64,000 bases of DNA, from NCBI GenBank assembly GCA_964016885.1, contig OZ024740.1, positions 107,446,001 to 107,510,000 of the forward strand, given 5' to 3'. Shown here piece after piece: positions 51,810 to 60,800 of the stretch. Position 1 is the stretch's first letter. Every line of letters begins with the position of its first letter. The translations under genes were made by a program, and so were the position numbers. The DNA is from Eledone cirrhosa. Lineage: Eukaryota. The notes beneath the pieces are model-generated. The model was not told the DNA's origin, did not search any database, and was given only the letters and a program-made list of their open reading frames with translations.

Positions 51810-54800
51810 AACAACAACCAACCAGTACAGATTTTGCAGAATTGCAACTAATGATTTCTGCTTTAAGAAGGGAAGTAACAGGAATAAAGGCAAGCATTCG
51901 GGTAGGACCCCACAATGAGGGGTCTTATCGGAATGCCTTGTTAAAGAATCTCCCTGTACCTCTTGCCGTATCTGGCCACACTGAAAAGACTGCGGAATCT
52001 GCTACCCATGAAGTGATTGCCATTGGGGTACCGGAGGACAAGGCTGATCTTCAGGCATTTGCTGCCAGCTCAGCCAAAGACCTAGGCTGTGTTCCCCCAA
52101 AGGGTGCTCTCCGCCTTCGTCGACCTGGTCCAAAACCCAGACTCATCAGGCTGTCTTTTTCGGACCCCGCTGAGGCAGCCTCATACCATCTGGCCTCTGT
52201 TAAAGCTGGGCGTGAAAATCGGATTACCTTCCGAACACGCCCAGGCCTACCACCCCATGTACGTCCAAAGCTCCGTGCTGCAGCTTCCTTGAATCGGAAC
52301 TCAGCACAACATGAAAGTTTTAGTCTGCATGATGATGGGCAGATCTGGAGGTTTGTCAAGGCTGGTGAAACGTGGAAGAGAGATACCAGCTGGTCTGAGT
52401 GTGATCTACCCACAATAACTGGCAATGAAAAAACTGCAACAACTCTGGGAAACTAAACCAGAACAACCTGCCATCCTCTACACACCATCATAAACTGCAA
52501 GCAGGGTACAAATTGTTGTCCTTAAATGCTCGCAGTTTATGCAACAAGATACATCTGTTTAACTCCTACGTCAGAAGCATCGACCCTGACTTCATCACAG
52601 TCACAGAAACATGGGCACATTCCTTACTCTGTGATGGGGTTTTCAGCATTACTGGGTACAACCTTTTCCGCAAGGACCGCATTAATCGCCGTGATGGTCT
52701 ACGTTCGTTCAATTTTTGGTAATTCCTTGCGTTGATTTGAACGAATCACAGGAAGAAGTTTTTTTCTGTGACATACGTATGACCATGTCAACACTTCTGC
52801 TTGGTGTTGTTTATCCCCCCCCCCCCCCCCAAACTACCATCAGGACACAGCTTTGCGATATCCTCAGAGTTGCTGCCAAGAAAACAGCCACTTATGTGTT
52901 TATTGCAGGTGACTTCAATCATCCTGAGATCGATTGGGAAACCTTTCGTTGGCCACAAGGTGCAAACGATTTCCTTGAACTAGTGCTGGACTCAAACTGG
53001 TCACAAGTAGTCACCTCTCCAACAAGAGGTGACAACACTTTGGACCTGATCTTCACCACTACTCCTGAAGTGGTTATCAGTTGTACTACTGAGGAACCTC
53101 TAGGCGACTCTGATCATGCTATGATCATTGCCAATCTGGCACTTGAGGGCAGCAACAAAACGCAGAGCCATCTCCAATCTGCTTGCTTTGATTGGAAGAG
53201 GGCGGATTGGAACTTGTACTGCACTGAGCTACAGCACCCAAACTGGCATGAGATGTATAACTCTGGAGATGTGAACACTATACTCCAGAGCATGCTGGAC
53301 TCAATATGGATAGCATGTGCAGCATCGGTGCCACGTAAGCGGAAAAAAAACCACCCCAAAAGTGCAATTTGGGAAACTTCAGCGGTCCGACTTGCCAGGA
53401 AAGAACGTCGGAACGCTGAACGGGAATATAAACTGCATAAATCAGATGCCAACAGAAAAAAGCGGAATAAATCTTCTAACCATCTCAAGCAAGTGACAAA
53501 GAAGGCAGTGCTTGAATTTGAACAGTGCATAGCAACCAATCCTGACAGTAAGGTGTTCTGGAAATATGTTCATTCAAAGCAGAGACCTCACACTCCAGTT
53601 GGTCCTCTTCGCAATCCCCACACAAGCCAGATCACTGACGATCCCAAAGAATGTGCAGAACTCATTGCTGAGTGCTATGCAAGTATTTTTACTGTTGAAA
53701 ACCAGAATGTACCATCTCCACCATCTCTAACATCAAATTCCATAACAACTATGGAATTTACACCTGCAATGTTGCGACGTCACCTTAAGAATAAGCGCAA
53801 CTATGCCTCTCCTGGTCTTGATGGTGTGACATACCTGCTTCTCAAACGTGGCGGGTATTTCCTTTTGCGCCAGCTTTCTTCTTTCAATACTGTCTCAACA
53901 ATGGTGCTACTCCGGAGCAGTGGAAAACTGCCAGTGTCATTCCCCTGTTCAAAAAGGGCAACCGCATGTCACCTGTCAACTATCGTCCAGTCAGTCTTAC
54001 TAGCTGTATGGCCAAACTGATGGAATCCTGTGTCAGAGAAACACTTTGGAACTTCTGGAGCTCTCACAGCCTCATCTGGCCCTCACAGTTTGGATTTATC
54101 CCTAACTCCAGCTGCTGTGATCAGCTTATCGAGTTCCTTGAAGACATCACCCGGATCACTGACAACGGCTCATGGGTGGATGTTGTTTACCTTGACTTTG
54201 CTAAGGCTTTTAATTCTGTGCCACACAAAAGGCTTATGGCAAAACTCTCTGCAATGGGTGTGAGGGATGATCTTTTCGACTGGTTGAAATCCTTCATTCT
54301 CAACCTAAAAGAAATAGTCACGGTTCTAGGACAGCATTCTTCACCATATGAGATGTCATCTGGTGTACTACAGGGATCTGTTCTTGGTCCTCTTTTGTTT
54401 GTGGCATATATTAATGACATAGATGCCAACTTACAGAATGCCACGGTACTGAAATATGCAGATGACATCAAGCTGTACCTTGAAATCAAAAGGACTGATC
54501 CTGAAATTTACAACTCTTTCCTACAATCAGACCTGGACACAATGCAGCAATGGATCACAGACTGGCAACTGAAGCTGGCTGTGGACAAGTGTACCACCAT
54601 GCATTTTGGAAGGAAAAATCCAGCGTCCACATACTCCCTCCACAACACTGATATCAAAAAGTCCTCTTGTGAACGTGACCTGGGCATTACTGTCAGCAGC
54701 GATTTGCGTTGGACAAAGCATGTCTCTAAGATTGTCAAGAAGGCCGAGGGTGTCTTGGCATCACTCAGCAAGACCTTTGTTAGCCACTCTCCAGCTATCT

Positions 54801-57800
54801 ATTTAAAACTGTATACAGCTATAGTACGACCACACTTGGAATTCGCATCATCAGTCTGGAACCCCTATCTTGCTCAGAACATTGACCTCCTGGAAACTGT
54901 TCAGAGACGTGCAACCAAGTGCATACCCTCCATCAGACACCTACCATACTCTGAACACCTTGCTTCCCTGGGCATGGATTCATTGAAGCTCCGACGTCTG
55001 GCAATGGACTTGGTGAATACCCACAAAGTTATTAACCATCTCGCCAATTGCAACCCTGAGCACCTTTTTGATCTCCATGTGTCTAACACACGTGGACATG
55101 CCTACAAAATCAGAAAACAGCACAGCTCCCATGACTTTCGTAGACATTTTTTCACGCTCAGAATTGCTGAAGCATGGAACAAACTGCCTGCGTCAGTTGT
55201 TCGCTGCCGAGACACTGCATCCTTTAAGACACTCATGCTTCCCGAAATACGCCAAAACTACACCTGAGGGTGGAGTCTTCGACTTGGCCTGAGCATGGAC
55301 TCAAACTCAAATGAAATGAAATGATGTACCCCTTCCATACACATGCACACGTGTGTATCATGACTCGTGCACTGTTCATTTTACTGATGTTTGTGCATTG
55401 CCCTATGTACTGTACATGCACCTTTGATGAGCTGTAGTGCACCTGAGCACTGTACACAATAATTTCATGGATTGGCAGTGTTGGTAGAGGGTTGGACGCC
55501 ATGCTTTGACGTATAGAGTTACGGCCCTTGCCATTCTGAGTTCAAACCCCGCCAAGGTTAACTTTACCTTTCATCCTTACGGGGTCGATAAAATAAAGTA
55601 CCAGTAATGCACTGGGTAATTGCTGGCCTTGTGCCTAACGTAGAAACAATTATTATTTCATTATTATTATCACTAACCACTTTACAGCATGTATGGGGTG
55701 CTTTTTATCACTAACCACTTTACAGCATGTACGGGGGTGCTTTTTATCGTGTAGATTTCCAACACTAGAAAGGTTGTTGTCTTTGACTCGGCTGAAAGGT
55801 CCTTTCAACCCTTTTAGGCATGGTTTCTATAACGAGGTGCGCTTCATGTCGCCAACCACCCATTTGGAGTGTACCAGATTCAGTTTCGTAGTACTATCAC
55901 TAGAGAGGTTGTTGGTCATAGACCCAACTGTAGATCCCTCTCAGCTGTGGGGAGGCGCAATATGGAAGGATGGGTAGGGGTGGCTGATTAGTGTTTGGGG
56001 ATGTAGTGGTGTGGAGGATAGACTCAATAGAGAGGGGGCTAAGGGGTGAACAAGGGATAGAGAGAGTAGTTACTCGGGTGCAATGGTGAAGAAGATATCT
56101 AAAGTTTTTAGGGGTGGTGTAGTAGTTAAGGAGTGGTTCTGGAGAGGAAAAGGGTGGTGGGTGCAGTATTGGTGAGGATAGATAGTGTATAGTGCCGGTG
56201 GGAGGGAGGTAGAGTGGCTCATGCATGGGTCAGGTGATATTGTATACTTCTGGCCAGGTCATCACAGCATAGTGCCAGCACTCTCGATCCTTTGTCGTCT
56301 CAGTTGAGAAGCTTAGTTTCTTATTTATTTGATAATAGTAAGTTATAATTGTTGGTTAACTAAAACCGTTTATTTTTTTAACAGGAACGCCAGTCTATGG
56401 TACGTGGTCTGTGTGAGGGTTTACACAAACTTCACAGCAGTGGCATCATACATGGTGAAATCAACCCTTCTACTCTTTTACTCAAACCAGATAGAACATT
56501 GGTTATAACTATGCCAGATTTCTCAACACCTTTGGTAAATTTTCATCACTTTTTGTTTAATGTCGTATATATTTATTAGTATATTTCATATCACTATCAT
56601 CGCTTCCACCACCACAAACACACAACAGGCTTCCTTCCAGTTTCTGGCGGTCTACTCAAGGCTGTAGTAGAAGACACTTGCCCAAGGTATCAGCCAGTGA
56701 GACAGAACCTAAAACCAAGTGATTGCTTAGCAAAGCTCTTAACCACAAATTTCTGTACCTCTTTATTACTACATATTAATCTATAATGGCCCCATAATCT
56801 GTATATTACTATATGTTAACCTATAGTGGCTCTATAATCTGTATATTACAACATATTAACCCTCAATGACCCCGTAGTCTGTATTTCACTACATGGTATG
56901 ATATGGTGTAGTCCTGTAACTCCTGATGGAATTGTAGGAGCACCATATTGGCATACAGCATTTCTGAGAAGCATGATGACTGTGACCTTCTTCAATTCAT
57001 GGTTATGTGGCAGTATATCAGATGATTCCAGACTGTTGAGAAATTCAACGGGATAATGAACAGCTTCATCCTCATCAACAACTTTGTCGATATATTTATA
57101 GGTCTGGCTACCTTCAGAGATCATATGTGAGAGATTTTGATTGATGGCATTCACTATGATGTTTTGTGGGGCAACGATTGCTCTTTCACACAGCCACTCA
57201 TCATTGGAATGGTGGATTTCGAAATTGGGGAACACTTGATTAAATTTACAATGTTTTCCACGACAGTACAAAATAATGAAGGATCAAAACGTCCTTCAGT
57301 ATCAAGGGATTACTTTTCTATAAATTTAAACAGCTGAAAGGTGCTTATCTATAACTCTGTGTGCCCCTCCCTTCCCCCTCTATATAAATGAAGGTGACAT
57401 CATAACTTTCTGTCACCTCAAAAACACACAACATTCCCTTTTCTCTATCTATGTACATATTTCTTACTTGGTGCTCCTCCTCTATATAAAGTGAGCGTGA
57501 CGGATGAAGTAATAGATGGACAGACATACAGCACTCTTATTATAATATAGATTACAAATTTGCAAATTCTGAGATTTCTTTCTTAACTTTCAGGTTTCTC
57601 GAATTCGGAACAGGTATGTCTTGTTGAATGGTTATTCGTTCTTAGCTCCAGAATGTCAGCAACAATCTTCAATAGAACCATGTCCTGCTACAGATGTCTA
57701 TCAATTAGGCTTAATGACTTTACTGGTAATTATACTTTCATTTATCTATTCTATGATAGCAATCTTCTTTTGGCACCATAACAGTTTTTTTTATAGCAAC

Positions 57801-60800
57801 TCTCCTGAAATTATCTCTTATCTTATACATACATATATATATATATATTAAAAAAAGCGAAAAATGTTATATCATAATTTTAGGTTAGAACCTCTTATGT
57901 TATTTTCTAAACATTGTTTTTATAATGACAAAGTTATTTTACTAAATCACTCCAAATTCTTGATTAAATAAAATAAATTCAATTCAATTCAATTAAATAA
58001 ATCAAATATTTTATTCCAATGACTTTGTTTTTCAGTGGCATAATCCAGATAACAAGCTTTCTAGTCTTACTGATTTATCAGAAACAGATTTTGTGAGTAT
58101 ATTTCATTTGATATATTTTTAATTGTTTTACAAAAATTTAAAGAATAGCCTTTCCATTATACTGTGGCCTCCTTCTCCTCCTCCTCCTCTTTTTCTTCTT
58201 CTTTCAATTATTCCTGGGAGGGTCATTGGGTCAGAGTCCTCAACACTTCTTCCAGCAGGTCCTGTCAGAAGCAACTGTCTCCGATTGATCTGGCTGGATT
58301 ACCAAGCGAGATCGGCTAAGCTCATTGATGTTATCCAGCCATCTTGCTCAGGATCTACCTCTAGGTCTCCTGCTAGTTGGTTTTGCCTGTAAAATCTGTT
58401 CAACAATTCTTTCCTGAAACATTATAACGGATACATGTAATATCAGAGCTGTGATCTCTCAATTCGGAGAAGTAGCAGCTCTACCTGTAGTGACTCTTAT
58501 CTTCGAACTATGCACTCTATTGAGTAATGTAACTGCAAAGACCCTTCCTGTGACCTCTCTGTACTAGGAAGCAATGCTTTTAGGTATTCTATTATTTTAT
58601 TGTTAATGTTGTTTCATTAAAAAATCCCAAATCTCTAAAAAAATAAATAAAAAACAGTGTATAAAATTGCTGTAAAATATCATAAAATCTTGTTATAAAT
58701 AATTCAATTTTCAGCCAACTCCTGTGAAAGTTTTCCTGCAGTACTGTCTTCGAGAAGATCCACGTATGAGAGTATCAGTGAATCAACTGTTGGCATCAGA
58801 ATATCTTAATTTACAAATTAATGAAACACCTGCAGACTCTCATGAACAACAAACGAATACAAAGTAAATATTTTGTAAGATATTTTAATGTAAAGTAGCA
58901 ACATAAAACATTAGCAATCTAAGGAGCTATTTTTAGCTTTAAAAAATTAATATAGGTGAAGGCATGTCTGAGTTGTTAAGGAATTTGCTTTTTAACCATG
59001 TGGTTTTATCTTCGCCCCTGCAGCATGGCGCCTTGGTTAAATTGTCTTCTACAATAGCCTCAGGCTGACCAATAACTTGTGAGTGGCATATGGTTGATGC
59101 AGGAGTCCATTCTATATATTTAAAAAAAAATGTGTGTGTATGTGTGCGCGCGCATCCATGCATATGTCTATAGCTTAGTGGTTGAGCAAAAAATAAATAG
59201 ATTGATAAAAGAAGTACTAGACTTGAAAAAATATGTACTAGGGGTCGATATGACTAAATCCTTTTAAGGCTGTGCTCTAGCATATCGGCAGTTAAATGGC
59301 TGAAACTAGTAAAACAATAATTAAGACTATATCAAAGCTGCATAATATTTATTATAAACAAAAATACATATGAGGGTCAGCTGAAAAGTTCATAGTCAGC
59401 CTATGAATTTTTCAGCCCGCCTTTGTACAAGAAAACCTGAATTTAGCTAATTACTCTGTGTAGCTTTTGGCTTTGAATCATATCTGAAATTGCTTCAAGT
59501 CATAACTTTGCATGGAAGATTAAATAAAATTGAAAAAAAAAAAAGAAAAAAGAAAAAACAACACATTTCTGAGTGTCAAGGAGCCACTCAAGCTACTGTT
59601 TGGAGTATAACTTAACACAGATTCCTACTTAAAATGATGATGGATGATTTTTAGATAAATATAAACACTTTAATATAAATAGTTTTATATTGTTAAACCA
59701 GGGGCTGGGAGAATAAACTTGATGAAGTTGTAACCTCACTACGTTTTTATTTTAACCTTTTTGATATCAAACTGCATGAAATTGCCCCTGCTTCTATGAT
59801 ACAAAACATTTTTAAAGTGCTTGTCCTTATCTAAAAACATTTCATAATTTTATATAAGAAACCTTTGTTAAGTTCATCATCATCATCATCATCGTTTAAC
59901 GTCCATCTTCCACGCTTGCATGGGTTTGGACGGGAGTTTTCCCACTTGAGGCAAGATTGGTTGTCTTGCTCGTATAGGACTGTCTGGCGGGTTTTCTACG
60001 GCTGGATGCCCTTCCTAACACCAACCACGTTTACAGTGTGGACTGGGAGGTTTTTACCGTGTTACCTACACGGCCACATTATAGCGTGGACTGTGTTTTT
60101 TTGTCGTGACACCTACACGACCTCATTTGTTTCGGACTAGATATTGTGGTACCAACATAACTTCACATTGAAGGGGGTGGTGTGGATGGGGTGGGGGTAG
60201 TGGGACAGGGGTGTATTTTTGTTAGAGGTGCCTACTGACTGTAGGTTTCGCTTTGTACTTAGGCAAGGCGGCTCTTCTGTATTACTGTGTAGTGCCAAAG
60301 ATCTCGGTCCAGTTACATTGTCTTGGAGAGGTGTAAGTGTGTGAGGTCGAAATTTATCAAGTCGTCCCAGGTTTTTCTGGGTCTGCCTACTCCGTGGTTA
60401 CCGTCTATTTTTATCGCCCTGCACTTTTTTATACAGCTGTCGTCTTTCATGCGCATCACGTGACCATACCAACGTAGTCTTCTCTCGAGTAAACAACATC
60501 TGATCCCTCTTATTCCTAATTTCTCCCTTAGTTCGTTTATGCTTTGCCGTTCATGTATATTACTATTACACATCCAGCGGAGCATGCAAGCTTCGTTCCT
60601 CTCCAGTCTGCGTATATCCTCTGCACACAATGCCCAGGTCTCACTGCCATGTAACATTGCTGTTCGTATGCAAGTTATGTTCCAAATACAGCTTATTATC
60701 AAATCTCTCCATAGTTTTGTTTATTTTCAAAATTACTTGAAAATCATTGGCGCTCTCTTTCATTAGAAATATAACAAAAAGGTTAAAGTATTTATATTTA

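Larger units (their letters stand above)
50342..55666 (+). mobile_element. Near full-length CR1-like LINE (ORF1 PHD-like/polyQ; ORF2 APE+RT), frameshifted
   Basis: ORF1 CHIC...WVECGTCHISVCLQC; ORF2 SLNARSL, VTETW, GDFN, LDLIF, SDH, VYLDFAKAF, QGSVLGP, YADD, RGH..K...FF..R...WNKLP; (att)n tail; putative TSD ttatca 50336-50341/55667-55672 splitting a cccttcttatcactaaccac repeat. Confidence 0.9.

Noticed and set aside
51431-51918. PolyL / polyT ORFs
   Set aside because: Alternative-frame and antisense readings of the CAA/CAG tracts in LINE ORF1
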